From the NCBI GenBank assembly GCA_051530055.1, contig CM121341.1, positions 14,238,784-14,302,783 of the forward strand: 64,000 nucleotides of DNA, in the 5' to 3' direction. Made by a program: the position numbers and the translations under genes. Below the pieces are notes generated by a model. It was not told where the DNA came from, ran no database searches, and was given only the letters and a program-made list of their open reading frames with translations. Positions 49,240 to 59,569 of this stretch are shown here, piece after piece. Source of the DNA: Neoechinorhynchus agilis (Eukaryota > Animalia > Acanthocephala). How positions within the stretch are numbered: position 1 is the first letter of the stretch; each line of letters begins with the position of its first letter.

Positions 49240-51911
49240 CTACTCCATCATTTCCATTACATTTCCAAAATCCGAGTAGAATTTCTAAAAAGCATCTCGA
49301 TAAAACACAAAAGCATTTCAGCTCCATACCTTTAAGTACTCTTCCATTTGCTTTATGGCTGTCAAAGTGCTAGTTTCTCGTATTGAACCGTTTGCAAGGA
49401 TCGGAATGCCGATATCAAATCCATTCATTCCAAGATTTAGGCCAAAGGCTGTACCAACGCTAGTAAAAAGAATTTTCCAATTCCTGCACAGAAAATTCTA
49501 ATCATTAAATAAGGTCATTTTAATTCACGTTTAAAAATATATAAGAAAACCTGTATCTTGAGGCTGTTTCGAGTAGCGACCATGTTTGCTATTAGGGCTG
49601 AAAAGGAGTTTGTTATGAAATTAACTCGGTTTGCATATAGAATCACAGGACCGGCATTTAATCTAGGCATATGATTAACTTCGTAATATGATCTAAAGGG
49701 GACATTAGAATGTTGAAAAGCAATAGTAGTTTTTCTCACGGATAGTTTGGGTTAGCTGCAAGTGCTCCACTGACACATGCAAAACACGATCTCGAAATGG
49801 ATGCTGCGAAATTGTTGTCGTTGTAACCAACGATGCGACTAAATAGCCGTTTTATGAAACGCGATCCAGCACCATAGGAAGCTTGGCTCGTATTCTATTT
49901 GTAATATTCGTGTGAATCATAATGTTTATGGAGGGACTATTCTGTCGGTTGTCAAAATCTACAAGCCGATCGCAAAACTTTTTATTTTGAAGATGCTATA
50001 CATCGAAGCCCCTTGAAAGAAATTAATATAAAATAATTATTAAACCCTTCCATTTTTATGAATACAAAATTAGTTATCTTTTCTGTCGGAAATTCGCCGG
50101 AAATGTTGAATTTAACATGCGAAGATAATAAGCTGTAAAATTGGATAGACAAGATGGATGTCAATAAACTCTAATAATTAACACATTTATCAGGGGACTA
50201 AACAAACAAGTTTTGCGTTTACAGAGTCAACATTACGTTCGATAGAGATCAATCTTTGCCTACCTCTGTTGCCTCTACAAGAACAACAGCTTGAATCATG
50301 CCGTGATCTTTTCGTTCAGTATTTATCAGACTCTAATAGAAATTCCGGTACAAAATCTTTGACTATATTAAAGTGCAGGACAAACCTGAATCATCGAGTA
50401 AGCCGTAGCAATACTTTCCATTCTCGATCCAGACACGAAATCCGTCGACCACGATTTATATGGGTTACGATCAACTAGGTTTAGATCGAAATCCACGATA
50501 TCTTCAGCTTTACTTTGGCACATTGATGCCAGAATATCTTTTATCCCGGTAGACTTTAATGGTTGAGTTTCTTTTACGACATCCTTAGGTTTGTTGAAGT
50601 TAAGAACATCGTCGAGATACCCAATCAATTGGCCATCATTTCCGATGAAAAACCAATCCTTCTCGGTCTCTTTTTTTGAATGACGTGGCGTTTCAAGTTT
50701 TTGATTTTCTTTATCAACGATCTTCTAATTTAGAACTCAATTGGGAAAGTGCTCGAGAAACAAACCTTATCAACTGCATCTTTTTTTCCATAGATTGGAA
50801 TGCTATAATTTTATAATGAATTATTCCTCCATGGAGCTTCCAAAAACTCACAGTTCGGTTTCGCCGTTGAATTTAAATTCGTCATTAACGGTGCGGTCGA
50901 AATGAATGGCGAGACTTGGGATTTTCGCCATGGGCATATCTTTATAAATTAAATTGGTCTGGATCTTTGTTCGACCATCAAGCATTGATTTTCTAACAAA
51001 TACACGACCGGCAATCGTCAAATCGCGATCGAACCAAGTGTGAAGATTTGGTGTACCGTAGATTGCGATTCCAAGCCGAGAGAAATTCGTTGATCCTCCT
51101 CGATCACTGATGGGTTTTAACTGTAGTCATAAAAATTATGGATTATGTCATTTGGACCTTTGATTATTTAAGAAAAATGAGCAACTATAACAAAACTTCA
51201 TCTCTATTTATTACGAACTCCTGTAGAGTCGATTACTTAAATTTAGCCTATTAAACGAAAAAGTTTCTCGGTAATTTCAAAGAGTACATTTAATCTATTT
51301 TGGGCAAAATATGAGTTCAATTAACTTTCTTCATTACCATTTCTATTTTATAATCATGCCTAAAAATTTCCTTTTATAGTCTTCTTCGTTGTCTTGTATT
51401 GAGTTTGGTGAAACCGATTAGCTATAATTACTTTATCCCGTTCTTTTTCGGAGTAAGCTTAGTATTTAGGAATGCTTTAAGAAAGAGGCGAACTATGGGC
51501 ATTTTTAAATTTACTGAATAGCAAAACGAACGCAGTCCATGAAGTTAGAAAATTAGCGCATAACTCACAATTAATCCTGGGGCGTCGATTTGACCACAAG
51601 TCAAAGCCATTCCATTTCCAGGCGCATAATTTCGACCAATGTTAAACGCATAAAGGCCACTCAACTTCTTAACATAATACTGAACGAAAAGCGCTTAGTT
51701 TCAACTCAAATCTTCCATGTACCTTACAGATTTTCCATTTTCGATATTCCACGATTCGGAAAGTTTGAGCTCTTGAAATCCAGCATCAGCAAGACGTTTA
51801 ATGCATTCGTCAAGCACTGAAATTCACTGGGTTTAATGCTCGACCTGACTTAATCTTACAATGATATTGAGTTGGGCAAGCCGATGAAAAATTGATAAAG
51901 TCGTCGCCCAT
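49240..51911 (-). CDS. DNPEP: Aspartyl aminopeptidase (M18/DNPEP) homologue with metal ligands substituted; about 10 GT-AG introns
   Basis: TWFDRDLTIAGRV, IPSLAIHF, NHMPRLNAGPVI, FDIGIPILANGSIRE are collinear with DNPEP end to end; introns mostly 41-56 nt plus two of ~350-440 nt. Confidence 0.88.
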
Positions 51912-52584
51912 TTTTAGGGATTGATTTATAGTACGACAGAAGGAAAAGCTTGCTTAAAGAGATAAAGTAGCTTTAAGGCATCTCACATGACTAGTTTTTA
52001 ACAAGATGTATTCATGAATGAGATCATCGCTGGCTTGACTAACGCTCACTTGCAAATTACAAAAAGAGTTTTAGAGGCGAGACTTTGTCAAAACAAGTGA
52101 TGCAGGATGCTAACTAAAGTCAAATACGTCTTGTAGAAAAGCGGTTTTTCCACATTATAGGGAATTTTTTAATATTTAATTTAAACAAATCTCACAAATT
52201 CTCACGAAAAGCAATTTTACAGCCTTTGTTTTCGAGCTCCTTGTCGCATTAATATCGACGGCGCGGGTATTTCTGAAGCTCGTTTGCAAAATCGATAAAT
52301 TTCCATAGAATTTGTGTGTTGTTAAAGGACGTAAAAATTTGCTGTAAAATCCTGTCTTGTATTTTCGGCTTACATGCCAAAGACAAAACGAACATTAAGT
52401 GCGCAAATTAAAATATTTCCAGCGAGCAGTGCAACATTCTACGTGGCACTAAGATTGGAGAGCTATTTGATAGAAGCTTCTTTTTTCGCAACATTTAAAG
52501 GTTATAAATTGCAATTTTCAACGAGCCAATGGTAGCTTATAAAATCGGAACATGAAGCAAAATACTCTGAACATGGATGTTTAT

Positions 52585-54220
52585 TCAATTATGCGGACCC
52601 CTTTCTCGGTACAAAGGCGACCTCGACCTTTTCCGTCTCCTTGAGTCATTCTCCCTGCGTGAACGTCGCTTTTCGGAACCTGAATATGCATGAGCCATTC
52701 TTCGAAGTTCAGTTGGAATGCATTGTGAGCATTTGTGCAAAAGATCGATCATATCCGCTGCTAAGCGCTTATCTCTCCAAGTAAAGAACGTATACGTAAC
52801 ACCGTCGGCATGAACTCCCTGAAGACGTCCCGTCCTTCCAATTCGATGAACGTATCCTTCTATTGTATTAGGAAAGTCGTAATTAATAATAAATTGTATA
52901 TCAGGAACGTCTAACCCTCGAGCCGCTATATCCGTAGCGATCATAAGTGCTCCGTTTTTTCGTAAGCGGAATTCGCTAAGGACTTCAGTACGACTTTCCT
53001 GTCGCTTTCCACCGTGAAGTGAAACGAGAAGATGTGAACGTGGAAGGGCACGCCGAAGAGTACTCATTGAATGTTCAACCACGTCTTTTGTTCGACAAAA
53101 AACTAAAGTCTTCGCTAACGGAACCATTCTAACAATATCCTTTACAGTTTCCTCAAGTAGTCTCATCTTTTCTTCTTCTCTACAAATCATTACAACTTGT
53201 TTGATTGTAAGATTAAGAGCGTTAAGCGACGTTCGATTATGATCAATATCGGCTACTCCTACAGAAGCTAATACAATATCTTCTCCGCCGAAATCGGCAG
53301 CCAAACGTCGAACACTGGAGGGCCAAGTTGCACTGAGCATTGCCAATTGTTTAAGAAAAACAAGTGGATTTCATTTAGAAAAAAGGATAAAATCTTTTCG
53401 AAATTGAAATAAACGCTCATTTACAAATGAAAGCCACTTGTTCCATCTATCCTGACGGACACAACTAAGCACTCGTCTAGTTTGTCTTTCAAAACCCATA
53501 TCAAGAATTTTATCGGCTTCATCAAGCACAACCATAGACACTCTGAAGAGGGTTGTAAAATGTTCATCAAGGAGATCAATAAGTCGTCCAGGAGTAGCGA
53601 CGTAAATATGAGCGCCTTCACCGATTTTTCGAGCTTGTTCCATCTTGGATTCTCCTCCAATCAACACGACGATCTTCATATTCATAGCATCACAGTAAGG
53701 TCGAGCGATTTCTGTGATTTGAAGAGCAAGTTCTCGTGTTGGGACGAGCACGAGACCTATTGGGCCGTCGTCAGGCATCAAAGGAGGCTGATGGCTTACA
53801 TGGACCAAAAGTGGAATCATAAAGGCTAACGTCTTTCCGCTTCCCGTAATCGCAATTCCTACATAGTTACTGCCGGATAATAAAACGGGCCACGTTATTG
53901 ATTGAATCGGCGACGGATTTGTGAAGTTGGATGACGAAAACAAATGGATGATTGATTCTTCAAAGAACACAATGGAGATTGCGCACCAATGTAGTTTCAC
54001 TTACCAGGCAAAAACTGACACTCGGAGAAAGTCAAAAGTGGCGAAATATTAGACACGTTGTTGATCAAATTAATATTCTTCTCTCGCAAATATTTGTCCA
54101 CTTCATCCTACGGGCGCGCGTCCCCTGAACCTGTGATGCGAATTGAGGACCTACCTTGGATCTGTCCGAAGTTATTCGACTGACCTCGTAACACGATTTA
54201 ACAATATCAGGATGACTCAT
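52585..54220 (-). CDS. DDX5: DDX5/DBP2-like DEAD-box RNA helicase; two 47-nt GT-AG introns plus a 96-nt non-GT-AG interruption (53351-53446)
   Basis: Q motif PSPIQ, TGSGKT, PTRELA, ATPGRL, LDEAD, SATWP, ATDIAARGLD, YVHRIGRTGR; HQPPLMPDDGPIGLVL is DDX5/17-like. Introns 54108-54154 and 53958-54004. Confidence 0.9.
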
Positions 54221-54956
54221 TCGAATAGCGAAATGAACTCTGATTCACAACAATTAACAATGTCTTTAATAATGTAGCAAACTAAGAGAGAAATCAATCC
54301 AAGTGCGCGAGGGAGAAAAGGACATTTAAAGAACCTGAAGAAGTCCGACGAAACTGACGAAATGTTGAGATGGATAAAACAGTCGATATTTTTATGATCA
54401 CCAAAGCACGCATAAATACCGAAATAGAATCAGAGCAAAGAATGGACCATTAACATTCCCTCAATTATACATAAATGCACAGACACACACATTGAAATAA
54501 AATTATTGAATTGAACGCAGTCGGACAAAAAGATTTAAAATCATCCATTCTTTTGTACTAGAACCGCGCTTAAAAATGCTCAACCTTGAAATGTGCGGTT
54601 GCAACCCGAAAGAATTTTTAGAAGAACACTACCGTTCGTCTATAATCTTCTTGCACCATCATTGTCTACCTTGTGGAAAGACTTCGAGAATGATCGCGGT
54701 AAGTATTTGCGGTGGATTTCATCTCTCGTTTATGCCGGTGTGTACGTAACTGATTTGATCGGGGTTATTCTAAAAGTTGTTTAAGTTAATGGTCGGTGTG
54801 GCATAACCAAATTTTATTGGAGAACAAAAAGTAGCCATGTACCACCTCCGAGTTTCGCCACTTGATTTTTCTTAAATTTCGTGGTACCACGAAAATATGC
54901 TTCTATTTAATGACGCTTGCGTACTTTGTGTACGTATTTGACTCTTTTGAAATATT

Positions 54957-55109
54957 AATATTGAATGGTGATGAACATAATCCCGGTTAAAGATTCTTTT
55001 ATTATTAAGAAACACTTGCAAGTTTTTATGCTGGGTTTCCCCTTTCGAAATATTCTATAATAATGAAAGAATCTTTAACCGGGGATTATGTGCACCACCA
55101 TTCAATATT
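54957..55109. mobile_element. MITE with ~50-bp terminal inverted repeats bounded by TA
   Basis: ta|ttgaatggtgatgaacataatcccggttaaagattctttt versus gaaagaatctttaaccggggattatgtgcaccaccattcaa|ta; a solo arm occurs at ~29730-29765. Confidence 0.85.
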
Positions 55110-55387
55110 TACCATTCCGGAGAATCTTCTTAATATGACTCTTGAAATATCATGGAATTCTAATTGTGGTGAGTTTACATAGTAGAAAGCTTCTAATGAT
55201 ATTGTGAAATACTACTTGATTTCCAGCCGCATGAGTGTTCACGTTTTTCAAAAAACAAAACCTGAACAATTCTAATAATCTTGTTAAATATCGATGACGA
55301 TAACCGTCAATAACGCGTGTAGGGATTCTTCCGGAGAGTATTCACTTTCGATGCGTTCGCGCCCAAAAATTGCCCTGTGGATTTTAG

Positions 55388-56101
55388 ATGTCATCTCGTG
55401 GCGATGATAGATCACATAGACGTGGCGGGGGTGGTTTTGAAGAGCGCAATCGGAGTGCTACGTTGTTTGTTCGCAATGTCACCGAGCGGGACAGATACGA
55501 GGACATAAAGAAATTGTTTGAACGATATGGAACAGTTGTTGACGTCACTATTCCTTTGGATTACTACAGTCGTATCCCGAAAGGATTTTGTTTCGTGGAA
55601 TATGAGGATCCGCGAGATGCGGAGGATGCTTTCTACCACATGGACAAACTTCGATTGAATGGGCGTGATTTGGAGATTGAGTTCGCCAGAGGCGAGCGAA
55701 AGACACCAGCCGACATGCGTAGTCGGGATCGCGGCGGTGACCGAAGGTACGAGTACGGGGGAGGTGGGCGTGGAAGGAGACGATCGCGTAGTAGCAGTGA
55801 GGATCGGCGACGTCGACGTCGATCGAATAGTAAAGGTCGCCGACGGCGGCCCTCGTTTTCTCGAAGCAGAAGTCCGGTTGAAAGAAAGCGAAGTTTTTCT
55901 GGAGGTAGACGAGGACACAGTAGTGAGCGATCCCGATCTCCAGTTGCGAAACGATATAGCCCGGTTTCAAGAAAACAGCAACACGACCGTGTATCCCCTA
56001 TCGCTGACAATGGCGGTGGCGGTGGATCAGTCATCAGATCTAGCAGAGTGGATAAAGATCGCGGATATAGGGATGTCAGGTCAACAAGTACTGATCGTTG
56101 A
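55388..56101 (+). CDS. SRSF10: Intronless SRSF10/12-like SR splicing factor (RRM + RS domain)
   Basis: TLFVRNV..DVTIPLDYYSRIPKGFCFVEYEDPRDAEDA..EFARGERKTPADM parallels SRSF10; RS-rich tail. Confidence 0.92.
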   Translation: MSSRGDDRSHRRGGGGFEERNRSATLFVRNVTERDRYEDIKKLFERYGTVVDVTIPLDYYSRIPKGFCFVEYEDPRDAEDAFYHMDKLRLNGRDLEIEFARGERKTPADMRSRDRGGDRRYEYGGGGRGRRRSRSSSEDRRRRRRSNSKGRRRRPSFSRSRSPVERKRSFSGGRRGHSSERSRSPVAKRYSPVSRKQQHDRVSPIADNGGGGGSVIRSSRVDKDRGYRDVRSTSTDR

Positions 56102-57329
56102 TCTCCGAGAGAGCGCAAATCCAATAGTCGTTCGCAATAAAGACACAAAAAGTAAGTCTAATCATTTTGATGATTTCATGTTAAGCGTGCGTACGTACAT
56201 GTGAAGGGGCGTATTTTTCCTTGATGGACTATACACCAAACAATCCAGAGCAATCGTTTTTGAAGGAACAAAGTGTGGAAGCTCATTAGTCAATGTAGGG
56301 AACTTAGGACGATGTGGGATTCCCACATCGTGCTAAGTTTCTGCTGTTTCTATCAGCAAGCAAACAGAAATCAGCGATCAACGCGCATACTCAAAGTGAT
56401 TTAATCCAAGTTTCAATTGCCAAGCAATCTTTGAAATCGTTCCAATAATCTCGAATGTAGTCAAACAATTCGAGAAAAATTGTCACTACAAGTAGTTTGG
56501 TGCGAATTTCAGTTTTATTGAATCATACACATACGCACACAATATTCTATCAATCAAGCCGTAAATCCAGTCGCTTTTTGTTCAGCCAAGCAATCAACCT
56601 TATTCCAAATTCAAGGATTACAGGCCCAAGCAATATTCAACTTAGACATGGCGCAAAATTCCCATCGGCAATTTTTTTGTTTTTCTTTCGGTTTGTACTA
56701 AAACGATCATATTTGCGGATATTCTCAAGGAGGTTTAAAGTCACACGCGTCAGAATTTTTAAATAATGTTTTTCGTCCTTTTCGTAACACAGTGCTTTTT
56801 ATTCGATTTTCCATAATTACAATGTTTTGACTTGGAAGTATGTGATTTAGAATCGCATTTGGGCGGGCGAGCAGTAATTAAAGTCGTTTGGAAACATAAT
56901 CTCACTTCGAATTTGGTGGCCTAACTGGGGTTTCAAAAAAACTTATCGAACCTACTAATAAATCAGCTTAATATTATAATCAGGTTTTTTACGGATTTCG
57001 ATCCTCTGTTAAAGGTGAGCTGAATTTTTGAACGATTTTACAACTCACTATACGAAATGTTGAGCATCGCTGAATCCTTAGTGTTGCTTTAACAATAATG
57101 CAGTTGAATGATTCTGTAAAATAAAGAATGATTAGAATCCCAATGCTTTCTTTCTTCATGATCGGGTTTTTTTTGGGAAGTGATTTAGACAGTGTTTACT
57201 CAAAAGGACTGATCAGTAATTGTGAGCAGCAGCTTCCCTTTTTTGTGATTTAGACAAGTTTAATGTATGGGGTACTTTTGCATTCTGCTACTCACCATCT
57301 TTGCCAAAATGTTGGAATCAATAAATTCT

Positions 57330-58560
57330 TTCCCCGACATTCATTCTACTATTCCTCCCCCATCAACAGTTATGCACATTCTATCCAAAAATCGCTTTAA
57401 GCCGAGAGCGCGTCTCCTCCAAGTAACTTTTATTTAATCATTCGTAGCCTCCCTCTTTCTTAACAGGAGATAAAAACTCCTTCTCAACTTTCTTTACATA
57501 TCTATCCACATAAGAACTCACCACAATATCTTTCCACCGTCACTCCAAACTGAACCCAGATCTCATCTTCACAATGTAACCCGTCACTTTTAGCAAAAAC
57601 TCACGAGCATCTCCATCCCAAAAATCGAAGACTAAGTGACTTCCCAGTTTCTTTGGTTACGTGCAACTCCATCGGCGGCCGAATAACCACAAAGGTCAAT
57701 CTCCCAGCCTTTCTACATTAAATACTCTCTTTTCCCGAATTAAGTAAATAATTATCTCTCTGCCCCTACTCATAATCACCATAAATCGGCCCATCCAACC
57801 GTAGCTGATCCATGCAAAGTCCCAACCCTAAACTCATTTCTATCATTACCATTCACTCATCCTAACTCCAATTTTCGAGTAGCCTCCGGACTTTTACTTT
57901 GGGATAATCAATCGTTCTTTGTCGGCATCCCGTAACGATTCCTCCCTTAACCCACTACCCGCAACGAACAATGCAACACAAATCTCCCTTACCTCCGCCC
58001 CCGATTTCCCGAAATCCAAAATTCCCTTCCCCACCGTTTTCTTCTCCAATACTCGTAGCCTCCTTCCTAAGCTAGATGAAGTTTCACTAATTTCATCTAC
58101 CACAAAAGCCGACGTAGTCATATCAAAATTATATTAGTGAAAATCTATCATATGCTATCTTCAAAATTCACAATAATGAGAAGGAGTTAATGTTAGTTGG
58201 AAATGTTAATGTACGTCCGAAGTTCATACGTAAAAAAGATACGAAGGACATTATTAGTAACCTTCTAAGTTTAGGCAATATCGTTTTATTTGGCGATTCC
58301 CCCTCGCTCGTACCACTCTACCAAAAATCTTTCCTCCCCCAAGCGCAATCTTTCCTTAATAACCGGAGAACAAGGAAAGACTCCCAATCGGTCATCTCCT
58401 GTACAAAGCCTCCGATCGCACATTAAGACCCCTTCAAAGACAAGTCCCACCTCCCTTGCCTTCAAAATCTGTCATTCAGACATCTTCAGCAAAGATAGAT
58501 GCTGGCAAGTGTGTGGATCGTGCATTTCTTACATTAATTAATAGAACGTGTTGTGTTTTT
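57330..58560 (+). mobile_element. Degenerate, internally deleted CR1/L2-like LINE
   Basis: APE start FFSNTRSLLPKLDEVSLI (~58040); 3' part shared with 3225-3620; C/T skew. Confidence 0.65.
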
Positions 58561-58599
58561 AACTCCCACCCAACCCACATTTCACAGGGTATCAAGTAA

Positions 58600-59000
58600 T
58601 GTTAATTCTTGGTTGGATGGATGCTATGCTCCTTCCAACAGACAGGAAAGCATTACGGTTGTGAAACAGTGTGCCTTATAGGAAGTATGCTATCACGATA
58701 TCATAACCTGGTATTTATCCAACGACAAGTTCCTCAGCTCCTGTTTGAGGGGTCTCAGATAAAAAAAATCCCCCCAACAGTTGACATCTGCAATCAATAC
58801 TCATGGATACTTAGTTTATCCAATCAAACGATGGCCTTTCATCCTCAATATCAAATCAAACCCGATAGTGCCTAAACAAGTAATTTATAATCACAGCGTT
58901 GCACCCTGGGCACTTTCGTTTCAAAACGACGGTATTAAACGAATCGATCGTGTTACATATTTCGGATGAATCTTAAGTCTATTTGAATTAATAATGCTTG
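58600..59000 (+). mobile_element. Degenerate LINE RT C-terminal fragment
   Basis: VDICNQYS..QTMAFHP and IKRIDRVTYFG resemble post-YADD RT motifs. Confidence 0.45.
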
Positions 59001-59049
59001 GCTAGCCAGTCTAAAAGACTTCGCAAGCTCCAATCTTCCGCGTGATGTC

Positions 59050-59450
59050 TACTCAGTTAAATCGGTCACTCAAAAAGTACAATTCCTTGCGAATCGACTG
59101 CAAGCAAATTTAAATTGTGACGAAAAAGCGGAATTTGAAAAGCTTTTCAACGTCAAAATTAAGTTTTTTCTCAATTCACGCAGATCAGGCAAGCCGATCT
59201 CGTTAGCCATGGTCGAGGGCTCTAGACAAGTTAGGGATGAATTATGCGAAAACACGTACAGTGCTTTCAACTGCTTTGAAATACGTTTCACAAAAAATCT
59301 AGCAGTCATCAGGATGACTATATTTTTCCACAGTGCAATATTTGTCATGGCTGGGGCCATTGGGCTCAACAATGTAGCTCGAACACTCCTAAATGTCGTT
59401 TCTGCGCGGAGACAGAACACTCCTCTCAGAATTGTCCAAACAAATCAATT
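59050..59450 (-). mobile_element. 3' fragment of a LINE ORF2
   Basis: MANEIGLPDLRELRKNL resembles the (E)xGLPxL motif after the RT domain. Confidence 0.4.
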
Positions 59451-59569
59451 AAATGTTGTGCAAACTGCGGAGGTCAACATTCGGTTTTCTATAAATGCTG
59501 TTCGGCCTTCAAAGACTATTGGTCTTGGGCTCAAAAAGGACAATTCAATAATAGCTCACGCTCTCGATT

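Noticed and set aside
25282-53373. TGA codon reassignment (in-frame TGA in MTRES1-like and in the helicase insert)
   Set aside because: TGA terminates MTRES1-like, SRSF10-like, MUS81 and the helicase at the expected positions, and both MUS81 inserts shift the frame.
46873-53446. U12-type (AT-AC) introns as the explanation for the atypical inserts
   Set aside because: The 5' ends lack the ATATCC/GTATCC consensus; TCCTTAA in MUS81 insert 1 is at the very end rather than at branch-point distance; no frame-restoring AC end keeps the conserved residues.
55412-56204. Long overlapping and antisense ORFs across SRSF10-like
   Set aside because: Shadows of the low-complexity RS coding sequence; no domain signal.
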